Positions 28,488-37,196 of a stretch of DNA of 37,196 nt are shown in pieces. Every line of letters begins with the position of its first letter. Within the stretch, counting starts at the first letter, position 1. The position numbers were made by a program, and so were the translations under genes. The notes under the pieces are model-generated. The model was not told the origin of the DNA. It made no database searches and worked only from the letters and a program-made list of their open reading frames with translations. The stretch comes from an uncultured archaeon. GTDB lineage: Archaea > Asgardarchaeota > Lokiarchaeia > Sigyniarchaeales > SOKP01. The stretch is taken from the NCBI GenBank assembly GCA_964632315.1, contig CAZWEM010000012.1:61842-99037 (forward strand). The letters are read 5' to 3'.

Positions 28488-31400
28488 TTAATCTACAGCT
28501 TCAGGGATTAAAACTACAAAAGAATCTCCTTCTACCCAAATTTTACCGTTATAATTATCTAAGATTCTTTCGACGAGAAGAAAACCAAGGAGAATTTCCT
28601 TAATCTTACTATCTTTTTCTCTCTCCATTCGCAGGATATCTTTTTTTCCAATATCAGAAATCGCATTTCGATAATCTACAAATTCAATTTTTATAAAACT
28701 TTTATCATCTTGTAGATTCCTAAAGATAACAATCTTTAATTCAATTGATTGATCTTTGTTATATCGAATTGAACTGAAAAGCAAATTCGTGAAAATATCT
28801 GTTAAAAATTCATCTGCCATCACATAAAATTCTTCACTGGGAGCCTCAATTATAATATTAATCTTCTTATTTGTGTACATTGAAATTATATACTTTACGG
28901 CATTATCAATTTCTTTGTTTAAATTCACTTTTTTCATTGAGAGCGTTTTTTCATTAATGGATGTCAGCTTTTGGATCACTGATAAAAGCTGTTGCCCGTT
29001 TACATTTTGTTGTTTAATATTATTTAGTAATTCCTCTCCAATTTCTGACCTAAAAAAAGCAGTTTCATCCGCTAATTGATTTAGATAGGTCTGTAAATTA
29101 TTCATTATGATTTTAAAATCATTTACAAATAATTCTCTGTAAAAATATTCTCTATCAAATTCTCTATGAAATTCTTCTTCACTCTTTTGAAGTTCATATT
29201 TTGCAATTTCTCGAAATATACCATTCTTAAGAATTTCTGAAAAAAATCCTATCAATTCTAAATCTTCTATTTCCTTAGAAGAGAAATCTGAAAAATTTAC
29301 AAGAATTATGATTCCTTCCAAGTTATTCTCAATTTTTATTGCATAGACAATACAATTCCATATCTTTAATTTCTCAAGAAATTTCTTGAAATTGATACCA
29401 TCATTGGGGATTACTCCAATCTCAGTTAAGGTAAGATAATCTTTACTTTTTAACGTTTCTTTTAACCATGGAAAATTAGATATAGATATTGTCTCTGGTT
29501 CAATAATCTCAGGATTTAATATTTGAGCATGCCAAATAATTCCACTTTCCATAAAGCTAAAATCTTCATTTAGGTAATAAAAGTATGCTCTCCTTGCCTT
29601 GGTATAATCTCCAATATCTTTAAGAGAATCATATATCGCTTGATTAAAATCTTTCATTCCTACAAATCGAGAAATTATTCGAGCAATAATATTTTCTAAT
29701 TTTAAGACCTTCTTAAGCTCTTTTTCTGATCTTTTTTGTTCCGAAATATCATAACAAATTACTTGATAGTATGTTTCTTTACCAATTCTCACAAATGAAT
29801 TTTGTAAAGTAATCCAGGTAACTGTTTTATCCTTTCTATAAATTTGAACATCTATCGGAGGAAAATTCATATCTCTTGTTTCCTCCTTGAATCTTTTAAG
29901 GAATTCTACTAAAAAATCTTCGTGTATAATCGGTAAATTAATGAATTTCTTACCAATCAATTCTTCTCTACTATAACCAAAAATTTTTTCTAAAGCAGGG
30001 TTACAATCAACGACATAACCTTTAGGATCCAATAATAGAATACAAAATGGTGATTCCTCGAAAAGATGTCGATATTTTATTTCTGAATCCATTAATTTAA
30101 GTTCCGTTTCAATCCGCTCACTAACATCTCGAATAATGCATTGCACTAACATTTGATTGCCCATCTTCACTTCATTTACGTTAACTTCCACTGGGATGAT
30201 ATTTCCAGAGTGGCTAATTACATTTAACATGATAGGAGTCGGTTTATCGATATGCTCAAAGATTTTTTCCTTGAAATTTTTTCTGATATCGTCAATTAAT
30301 AACTGACTCGCGTGAAGTCCAACAAAATCCTCAAAAGGAAGCTCGAACAAATCTTCTGCTTTTTTATTTGCATCTATTATTATACCAGATTTTCGATCAA
30401 TAATTAAAATTGTATCTTGAGCTGCTTTAAATAATGTACTATAACGTAATTCAGCAAGTTTAAGTGCTTCAATAGAAGGTTTATATAATCCAATTTGAGT
30501 TATAATCGTTTGTTGGATATTTCGTAAATGTTCTAATATATCTTCATCATTTAGATAAGCCTCTTTAATAATTTCAAACTGCTCAAAAATAAAAATATTA
30601 AATTGATTAATAATTACTTTCGGAATATTTTGATTATAATATACGATTAAAGAAATAGGCAATAAACCCCCTCTAATCGATTCATCTGGCACATAATCAA
30701 AATAAATAGCAGCATTAGAATTTAGATGCGGAAAGGGAAGGATAATTGAAGCTCTTTCAAATTGACCGCCACTAAATATTACTTGCGACATTGCGAAACT
30801 TTTAACTGAAACTAATTCAGGATCTTCAAAAGCATCTTTAGGATGAACATTTTCTATTTTGACGCCTAAATTTTCATCCCATCTACAAAAAATTATTCCA
30901 ATGTCACTACTCGGGGTAACTCTATCTAATTTTTCTGCTATTTTTAAGGAGAGCCAATTAAAACTTTCATCTACATTCTTGTTTTTTATTCCACTTGTCA
31001 AGAAACATTTAATGGGTCGTTTTCCAAGCCGATTTATGCCCATAGCTTCAACTAAATCATCAAGATTAGGTTCACCTAAATCTACTTTATTGAACATAAT
31101 TAGAAGAGGTAATTCACTTAGTTCTGGTTTTCCTGCTATCTCGTGTAATAATGCTCTAGCATCTGGAAATTTAAGTTTATCATGGATATCCAATACAAAT
31201 ATTAGTCCATCTTGATCCTTCAGATATGGTTTCCATAAGTCCTTAAATTTAGATTGCCCAGGAACATCATAAGTTAAAAGAGATACATTATTGACTAAAA
31301 CCCTTGAAATATCTACACTTATTGTTGGGAATATCGTTTTTGATACAGATTTTCTTCGGCACCTTATTATAGTCGTCTTTCCAGCAAGGAATAAGCCAAA

Positions 31401-31865
31401 AACAAGAATTTTAGCCTCTTTTTGTTCAAAAATAACTTCCTGCTCGGGAAAAGAAGTATAGAATGAATTGATTAATTGAACTATTTCTTCGTATTTCTCT
31501 TTATCTCCTTTATACACTCTCGAATTGGTGTAAAAAGCTTTATAAACATCATCAATTTTCTTAAATTCTTCAACAAATCCGTTTAATAGTTTATTAGCTT
31601 GCTCAGTGTTTAAGTTACTTTTATTATCATACACTATCGAAATCAATAATCGTTCTTTTTTTGTTCTTGAATATGCACTATCAATGTCAAATAATAGATT
31701 TGCTGTTTTAAAGGACCCAAACATATGTTTAAAGAACCCTTTTTCATATAAATCTATCAATGTGGGAATCTGCTTTAGATCATCTCTATCTACTGATTCT
31801 GGAGCTTGTATTACTATTCTCGGTCGAAAAAAGGGTTTTAAATGGCTCAAAACTATAATTATCAA
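28488..31865 (-). CDS. Multidomain signalling protein: longin/uDENN-like, Arf-like small GTPase, longin/uDENN-like, PAS, PAS, GAF, degenerate HisKA/HATPase
   Basis: G1 GLFLAGKTT, G2 PTI, G3 DVPGQ, G4 NKVD and G5 TSG. Two PAS domains (IIDANKKAEDLF...RDVSER; VVDCNPALEKIFGYSREELIGK...DISEQ), a GAF-like region and a HATPase-like tail GKIWVE. Confidence 0.85.
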   Translation of the reverse strand: MIIIVLSHLKPFFRPRIVIQAPESVDRDDLKQIPTLIDLYEKGFFKHMFGSFKTANLLFDIDSAYSRTKKERLLISIVYDNKSNLNTEQANKLLNGFVEEFKKIDDVYKAFYTNSRVYKGDKEKYEEIVQLINSFYTSFPEQEVIFEQKEAKILVFGLFLAGKTTIIRCRRKSVSKTIFPTISVDISRVLVNNVSLLTYDVPGQSKFKDLWKPYLKDQDGLIFVLDIHDKLKFPDARALLHEIAGKPELSELPLLIMFNKVDLGEPNLDDLVEAMGINRLGKRPIKCFLTSGIKNKNVDESFNWLSLKIAEKLDRVTPSSDIGIIFCRWDENLGVKIENVHPKDAFEDPELVSVKSFAMSQVIFSGGQFERASIILPFPHLNSNAAIYFDYVPDESIRGGLLPISLIVYYNQNIPKVIINQFNIFIFEQFEIIKEAYLNDEDILEHLRNIQQTIITQIGLYKPSIEALKLAELRYSTLFKAAQDTILIIDRKSGIIIDANKKAEDLFELPFEDFVGLHASQLLIDDIRKNFKEKIFEHIDKPTPIMLNVISHSGNIIPVEVNVNEVKMGNQMLVQCIIRDVSERIETELKLMDSEIKYRHLFEESPFCILLLDPKGYVVDCNPALEKIFGYSREELIGKKFINLPIIHEDFLVEFLKRFKEETRDMNFPPIDVQIYRKDKTVTWITLQNSFVRIGKETYYQVICYDISEQKRSEKELKKVLKLENIIARIISRFVGMKDFNQAIYDSLKDIGDYTKARRAYFYYLNEDFSFMESGIIWHAQILNPEIIEPETISISNFPWLKETLKSKDYLTLTEIGVIPNDGINFKKFLEKLKIWNCIVYAIKIENNLEGIIILVNFSDFSSKEIEDLELIGFFSEILKNGIFREIAKYELQKSEEEFHREFDREYFYRELFVNDFKIIMNNLQTYLNQLADETAFFRSEIGEELLNNIKQQNVNGQQLLSVIQKLTSINEKTLSMKKVNLNKEIDNAVKYIISMYTNKKINIIIEAPSEEFYVMADEFLTDIFTNLLFSSIRYNKDQSIELKIVIFRNLQDDKSFIKIEFVDYRNAISDIGKKDILRMEREKDSKIKEILLGFLLVERILDNYNGKIWVEGDSFVVLIPEAVD

Positions 31866-32010
31866 AATAATTCCTTCTTTACGTATATATCAAAATTTTA
31901 ACATTAATTGAATATAAGATTTATAATAAAAATATATACAAATTAAAACCGTGCATTCTACGGTTAAGTCTTTTAAGAAAGCTATAAATTATAGTATCAA
32001 AATTTAAATA

Positions 32011-32484
32011 ATGAAATCTGACTATCTCATTTTAGTAAATCTATATGAGAAATCATTAATGGCGACTAAGGCTCATATTGGCCAAATTAACTCCGAAAAA
32101 AAGAAGAAAAAATCAATCCAAAATAAATTGATATTTATAGGAGGTACAATAGCACTAATGATTGGATTGATTGGAATTTTTTTACCCATCCTTCCAACAA
32201 CACCATTTTTATTAATTTCCGCTGCAGCATATGCTAAATCATCAAATAAATTTTATAATTGGCTTCTAAAGAATAAGATATTAGGATCATATATTAGGAA
32301 TTATAAAGAAGGTCTCGGGATGCCTTTAAAAGTAAAGATATTTACTATAACCTTTTTATGGGTTATGATAATTGTAGCGATGATTGTAGTTCCAATCTTT
32401 TGGATTCAGATTTTGTTATTATTGATAGCAATTGCAGTATCAATACATATAATACTAATTAAACCAAAAAATACTTTAAAATAG
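32011..32484 (+). CDS. YbaN/DUF454-family membrane protein
   Basis: GIFLPILPTTPFLL...SS...WLL motif. The start may be ATG 32059. Confidence 0.88.
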   Translation: MKSDYLILVNLYEKSLMATKAHIGQINSEKKKKKSIQNKLIFIGGTIALMIGLIGIFLPILPTTPFLLISAAAYAKSSNKFYNWLLKNKILGSYIRNYKEGLGMPLKVKIFTITFLWVMIIVAMIVVPIFWIQILLLLIAIAVSIHIILIKPKNTLK

Positions 32485-32574
32485 GAGAGAGAAAATCTAA
32501 ATACGGAACAAAAAATTCCTAGTTTTTTGGTTTTAAAAAAATTGACATTAAATTATTTCAATAAAAAAGTTATT

Positions 32575-32614
32575 TGTCACAGATCTGTGACATAGTTGTG
32601 ACAAGATTTAAATA
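32575..32614 (+). promoter_or_regulatory. Actin promoter: perfect 18-bp palindrome TGTCACAGATCTGTGACA, extra TGTGACA half-site and TTTAAATA box
   Basis: Palindrome 32575-32592, third half-site 32597-32603 (11 bp after the second) and TATA-like box 32607-32614. Confidence 0.65.
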
Positions 32615-32713
32615 TTAGAATTTCTATGTATAAATCATAAAATCATTTTGTTTTATAATAAATCTTTAAATGAAAGTGTATAAATTAGAAATTTTAGCGA
32701 GTTGGGTTTTTAA

Positions 32714-33859
32714 ATGACAGTTAATGAAAGTTTAATTGGTAGAAAATCAATTGTTCTTGATAATGGCACAGGAATCTCAAAGAATGGCTATTCAGGAGAG
32801 GATCAACCACGTTCAGTCTTTCCAACAGTAATAGGAAAACCAAAATATGGGCATATTATGCCTGACGTTAAAGAATATTCGAGAGAATGGTATATTGGGG
32901 AGGAAGCAATGGAATTGAAAGGATTAATGTCTCTTCGATTTCCTATTGAACATGGAATTGTTGATGATTGGCCTTCAATGGAGCGAATATGGCATTATAC
33001 CTTTTATACTGATTTGAGAGTAGATCCTAGTGAGCACCCAGTATTATTAACAGAAGCTCCATTGAATCCAAGGTCAAATAGAGAAAAAATCGCAGAAATC
33101 ATGTTTGAGACTTTTAATGTACCTGCTTTATACATAGCAACACAAGCGATCCTTTCCCTTTATGCATCTGGGAGGACTACTGGTTGTGTCTTGGATATTG
33201 GAGACGGAGTCTCCCATATAGTGCCAATTTTTGAAGGTTTTGCTTTAAGTCATGCAATTCAAAGAGTTGATCTTGCAGGAAGAGATGTTACAAGCTACTT
33301 GCAACGATTATTAAGGCAGAAAGGATACAATTTTACTTCTTCAGCTGAGAGGGAAATTGTTAGAGACATTAAAGAAAAGTTATGTTATGTAGCCATAGAT
33401 CCTGAGAAGGAATTGATGTTATCGAAGAAAATATCTGGAATGGAAAAAAGTTATATGCTTCCCGATGGAGAAGTTATAAAAGTGGGAATTGAAAGGTTTT
33501 TAGGGCCCGAAAGTTTCTTTAATCCATCAGTCTTAGGTAAAGAATTAGATCCATTAGATGATGTGCTTGTAGACGCTATAAATGAATGCGATGTAGATTT
33601 AAGAAGAGAATTATTCAGTAATATAGTGCTTTCTGGTGGTTCTACCATGTTTCCTGGTATTAAAGAAAGATTGGCTAAAGAAATTAAAGAATTAATTCCT
33701 GAATCAGTAGATGTACGTATTCTCTCCCCACCTGAAAGAATGTATTCGGTATGGATTGGAGGGTCAATTCTTTCTTCTCTTAAAACATTCTCAAGAATGT
33801 GGATTACAAGACGGGAGTATAAAGAATTAGGACCGAGTGTGATCCATAGATGTTTTTAA
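32714..33859 (+). CDS. Eukaryote-like actin (Asgard actin, Lokiactin/ARP-like)
   Basis: [107 protein letters not shown] and GPSVIHRCF motifs. Confidence 0.97.
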   Translation: MTVNESLIGRKSIVLDNGTGISKNGYSGEDQPRSVFPTVIGKPKYGHIMPDVKEYSREWYIGEEAMELKGLMSLRFPIEHGIVDDWPSMERIWHYTFYTDLRVDPSEHPVLLTEAPLNPRSNREKIAEIMFETFNVPALYIATQAILSLYASGRTTGCVLDIGDGVSHIVPIFEGFALSHAIQRVDLAGRDVTSYLQRLLRQKGYNFTSSAEREIVRDIKEKLCYVAIDPEKELMLSKKISGMEKSYMLPDGEVIKVGIERFLGPESFFNPSVLGKELDPLDDVLVDAINECDVDLRRELFSNIVLSGGSTMFPGIKERLAKEIKELIPESVDVRILSPPERMYSVWIGGSILSSLKTFSRMWITRREYKELGPSVIHRCF

Positions 33860-33867
33860 AAAAACGG

Positions 33868-34032
33868 GTGAATTACCGAAATAAAGTAATAAAGGAAGAT
33901 CCTTTAATTGAAATTCCTCAGGAGATATTACTTGATTCTCAGATTGATTATATTAATGAAGCATTAAGTTCTATTAAATGCCTAAAAAAGATTGATAAAT
34001 TTAAAGTATTTACGAAAAATCTTGACGAATAA
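33868..34032 (+). CDS. Possible 54-aa small protein between actin and the profilin-TrmB gene
   Basis: In-frame GTG 8 nt after the actin stop, filling the gap. No motif recognised. Confidence 0.35.
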   Translation: MNYRNKVIKEDPLIEIPQEILLDSQIDYINEALSSIKCLKKIDKFKVFTKNLDE

Positions 34033-34075
34033 AACTTCATCTTTAACTTTTTTAGTAAGAATTCAAGAATAATAA

Positions 34076-35314
34076 GTGATAGTGATGAGTGGAATATTAG
34101 CATCCATCAAAAACAATTTAGAACCAGTTAAAGAAGTGATTGCCTTAGCGATAGTTGATTTTGAAGATTGTGTAATTCATTCCTCAGACAACTGGGATAT
34201 AGAGAAAGAACTTAGCACTTTAAACTCTGTTTGGGGATCTTTACAACGGGAATTAACATTATTTGGAGAAAGTTATTCGATTCTTCATAATTCTAAAGAA
34301 TTACTTATTGCAATTATTTTTGAAAAGGGAAAAGTTAAGGAGAATAAACCTAAAGAAGGGATTGTAGGGTTTAGAAATGAAGATAACAAAATATATGTGA
34401 AAATATCTGATTTTAATTCCTTACGTTCAGTGGTTGCTAATGCAGCTAGAGTTCTTACAGATATAAGGAGGAAAGAACCATATATTAAATCAGGAGAGAT
34501 TTTTAGTAAAACTAAATTCGATTTAACTCCCAAAATTTTATCTGATACATCGCATGTACTTGAAAAAGTGGGATTAAACCAATTTGGGATTAGTGAGGAT
34601 GAAGCAAAAGTCTATCTTGCCTTATTAAGAAAAGGTGAAGATGGGGATAAGGTAGGTAACTTAGACAAAGAGTTATTACTTAAAAGAACTCATATATATC
34701 GCATAATAAATAGATTAGTTGAAAAGAATTGGGTTGAGGAATTAGCCAAATTTCCTAGAGGAGCTCAATTATATGGCGCGAGACCCATTGATGAATTATT
34801 AGATAACGTTATAAAGGAAAAAGAGGAAGAAATAAAGGTGTTAAAGGGATTTAAATTAATCTTAGGTGAAAATCTCGAAAATGGATGGAATTTGGATAAT
34901 TTGGATCTCAATGATTTGAAAAAACCGTTTGATCTTGATATTAAAGAGATAACTGGATTTGAGAAGGATAACGGGATTGTTATATTTGAATATGATAGAT
35001 TGATTAAGGATGAGGAGAATTTGGACAGAGTAAAATTACGTTTGTATTCCGAGAAATTAAAACAAGAAATTAAAGAGAATGCAATATCTGATTTGGAGTA
35101 TATAGAAATAGATGAGGTTAAAATCAGTAATTATCTAGGTGCTAATATTAAAATTAAGTTTCGAAAAAATAGTAACATCTCCAATAATTTAGGATCTGAC
35201 TGGATCATTGTAGCAAAGTTAGTAGCAATCCCCATTGATAATAAAATATACGTTATTTGGGGTTCTGAACAAAAGTTTCCTTATCTATTAAATATAATTC
35301 AAAAACTAAAATAG
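34076..35314 (+). CDS. Fusion of N-terminal profilin-like domain, TrmB-type winged HTH and unknown C-terminal domain
   Basis: N-terminus: IALAIVD...IHSSDNWDI...LTLFGESYSILHNSKELLIA...GIVG. Middle: FGISEDEAKVYLALL...RTHIYRIINRLVEKNWV...YGARPIDELL. Confidence 0.75.
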   Translation: MIVMSGILASIKNNLEPVKEVIALAIVDFEDCVIHSSDNWDIEKELSTLNSVWGSLQRELTLFGESYSILHNSKELLIAIIFEKGKVKENKPKEGIVGFRNEDNKIYVKISDFNSLRSVVANAARVLTDIRRKEPYIKSGEIFSKTKFDLTPKILSDTSHVLEKVGLNQFGISEDEAKVYLALLRKGEDGDKVGNLDKELLLKRTHIYRIINRLVEKNWVEELAKFPRGAQLYGARPIDELLDNVIKEKEEEIKVLKGFKLILGENLENGWNLDNLDLNDLKKPFDLDIKEITGFEKDNGIVIFEYDRLIKDEENLDRVKLRLYSEKLKQEIKENAISDLEYIEIDEVKISNYLGANIKIKFRKNSNISNNLGSDWIIVAKLVAIPIDNKIYVIWGSEQKFPYLLNIIQKLK

Positions 35315-35332
35315 AAATCCTAAAAAAAATAC

Positions 35333-35803
35333 TTAAAAGAAACGTTCTACTTCCGGGTGCCTTTTCGCCTCGTTAAAAATGAATCCTTTAGTAATAAATG
35401 CAATCGCTAAATAACTTCCTCTCCCAGAGAGTAAAATATCTCCCTTTTTAATTCCAAAAGAATCTAAGGTTGTTTCTGGAAGGTTTATACTCATATCATC
35501 ATTAATTTTTAACCAGCAGTATTTTTTGCTTTTTATTATGATGATCTCTCCTTCAGCTAATTCATAATTTATCAAAGAAGGAAAATTGATGATAAATTCT
35601 TCAATTCTTGAATTTTTTAATATTCTAATAGAACTTAATCCAAATCCTCCTGAAGTTTTACTGCCCGAAAATAAAATCACTTCAGGATCCAACGATAATG
35701 CATACTCGTCATAAGCTTCTTTAGGGATTATAATTTTCCCTTCTTTACCAACTCTTGACCATCCAAATACATATTTCCCTCCTTTTACAATTTGAGGTGC
35801 CAT
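35333..35803 (-). CDS. Hypothetical protein with tandem AbrB/MraZ-like domains
   Basis: VGKEGKIIIPKEA and INDDMSINLPETTLDSFGIKKGDIL swapped-hairpin-like repeats. Confidence 0.6.
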   Translation of the reverse strand: MAPQIVKGGKYVFGWSRVGKEGKIIIPKEAYDEYALSLDPEVILFSGSKTSGGFGLSSIRILKNSRIEEFIINFPSLINYELAEGEIIIIKSKKYCWLKINDDMSINLPETTLDSFGIKKGDILLSGRGSYLAIAFITKGFIFNEAKRHPEVERFF

Positions 35804-35808
35804 TTATA

Positions 35809-36423
35809 TCATAAAAGATTACGTAATTTAGATTCATTTAATATTTCTTCATAAAATTCATTTATGATCTTTTTCCTCCTTTCAGCTAATCGCTTCGAAA
35901 TATCAAAGTATAATAGTTTAGGTAAATTTAGAATTTTATCTTCAAGATGCATAATTATTTCTTTAAGACCACCCTTATTCTTTACAGTAAATCCAATTGT
36001 CCTGTATAATCCTATTGCTCCTAAAGCATCTAATTTATCTGCATCTGACAAAATTTTTGCTTCTAATGAATTTGGTTTAATTATACTAGAATAGGAATGA
36101 GATCTAATACAATGTATAATCTGTTCTTTTTCTTCATTAGAATAGTATGCACTAAGTGAATCTAAAAAAGTTTTTGCTAATTCCGCAGAAATATTAGAAT
36201 GATTTACTTTAAATTGATAAGTTTTTTCCTTTATCCTTCCAATATCATGGAGGAGAGCTGCTGTTTTTAATATCTTTAAATCCACTTTTAATTCTTTACT
36301 GATTTTAATACAAAGATCATATACTCTTTGAACATGTTGATAACCATGTATATCACCTTGCTCAGAATTTACCATAGCATAATTTTTAACTTTTATAAAT
36401 GGATCTTCTTGGAAATTAGTCAT
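35809..36423 (-). CDS. HD-domain phosphohydrolase (YedJ-like)
   Basis: HGYQHVQRV, ALLHDIGR, HS and SDADKLDALGAIG motifs. Confidence 0.92.
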   Translation of the reverse strand: MTNFQEDPFIKVKNYAMVNSEQGDIHGYQHVQRVYDLCIKISKELKVDLKILKTAALLHDIGRIKEKTYQFKVNHSNISAELAKTFLDSLSAYYSNEEKEQIIHCIRSHSYSSIIKPNSLEAKILSDADKLDALGAIGLYRTIGFTVKNKGGLKEIIMHLEDKILNLPKLLYFDISKRLAERRKKIINEFYEEILNESKLRNLL

Positions 36424-36518
36424 CGAGAATCTCCTTATTAATTTAATTGCTTTATAAAGAGAATACTAAAAGAAATTAAAATTAATATAATTAGTTATTT
36501 GGAAAAATAGAAGAAAAA

Positions 36519-37196
36519 TTATACTTCTTCTCCTCGACGTCTAGCTTCAATATCCTTTAGATCTTTTCTTAACACTTTGCCAACAAGGGTTTCGGGCAAT
36601 TCTTTTCGGAACTCGATGAATTTTGGTACCTTATAGGGAGCTACAGTTTGTCGACAAAATTCTTTTATTTCTGCTTCTACTTCTTCGCTTTCTTGATAAC
36701 CATCTTTTAAGACGATATATGCCTTGACTTTTTCACTACCAGGAATATCAGGGTTTGGAACTCCAATTACAGCAGCATTCTCTACTGCTTCGTGCTCAAA
36801 TAAACAATCTTCTAATTCTCTTGGATAGACTTTAAATCCAGAAACATTTATCATATCCTTTTTTCTATCAACGATGTAAAAGTAACCATCTTCATCCATT
36901 TTACCAATATCACCAGTCAATAACCATCTGTCTTTAATCTGATTTGCTGTTGCTTCTGGTTTGTTCCAGTAACCCTTCATAACTTGAGGTCCCTTAATCA
37001 TAATCTCACCAGACTCACCAATGGGTATAATTTTAGTATAATCTTCAATATCGACAATTCTAACTTCTGTATCAGGAATAGGCATTCCAACAGAACCAAT
37101 TTTACGTTCTCCAACAAATGGATTAGTATGAGTGACTGGAGATGCTTCTGTCATTCCATATCCTTCAATGATGATTCCCCCTGTTCTCTCCTCAAA
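36519..37196 (-). CDS. Long-chain fatty acid-CoA ligase, C-terminal part (runs off window end)
   Basis: EGYGMTEASP, GPQVMKGYW, TGDIG, DRKKDMI and VGKVLRK motifs. The frame is open to the window edge. Confidence 0.93.
   Translation of the reverse strand, partial: FEERTGGIIIEGYGMTEASPVTHTNPFVGERKIGSVGMPIPDTEVRIVDIEDYTKIIPIGESGEIMIKGPQVMKGYWNKPEATANQIKDRWLLTGDIGKMDEDGYFYIVDRKKDMINVSGFKVYPRELEDCLFEHEAVENAAVIGVPNPDIPGSEKVKAYIVLKDGYQESEEVEAEIKEFCRQTVAPYKVPKFIEFRKELPETLVGKVLRKDLKDIEARRRGEEV

Noticed and set aside
33868-34032. Resemblance of IPQEILLDSQIDYINEAL to the tryptophanase C-terminus
   Set aside because: Too short and weak to support by eye.
1122-36094. Many 60-120 aa ORFs in the track nested in or antisense to long genes (e.g. 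2454..2732, 19831..20163, 26137..26418, 30859..31215, 33451..33648)
   Set aside because: They are shadow ORFs of well-supported genes and have no motifs.
1-37196. CRISPR arrays, tRNA/rRNA genes, transposases, integrases
   Set aside because: No repeat-spacer periodicity, no GC-rich cloverleaf or rRNA-like segments, and no mobile-element ORFs were seen.

Overview
AT-rich archaeal window, most likely from an Asgard archaeon (Lokiarchaeia-like). The basis is a eukaryote-like actin, a profilin-like domain, an Arf-like GTPase, TATA-type promoters and GGTGA-type ribosome-binding sites. It carries a grpE-dnaK-dnaJ-clpB chaperone operon, assorted hydrolases, pyruvate kinase, HPRT, a BpsA-SpeD polyamine fusion, an AbrB-regulated heterodimeric ABC exporter and a PadR/BtrH/DUF3795/methyltransferase/UvrA-like cluster. 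The most striking items are: (1) an actin gene with a TGM-like palindrome next to its TATA box, followed by a profilin-like::TrmB-HTH fusion, which may be an actin-sensing transcription circuit; (2) a longin/uDENN-like + Arf-like GTPase + PAS-PAS-GAF + catalytically dead histidine-kinase fusion; (3) a 30-nt stop-containing insertion in uvrA that folds like a bulge-helix intron and whose removal restores the zinc-finger consensus; (4) an unannotated ~140-nt structured RNA with promoter and terminator; and (5) several small genes missing from the ORF track. All domain calls come from motif recognition by eye, not database searches.
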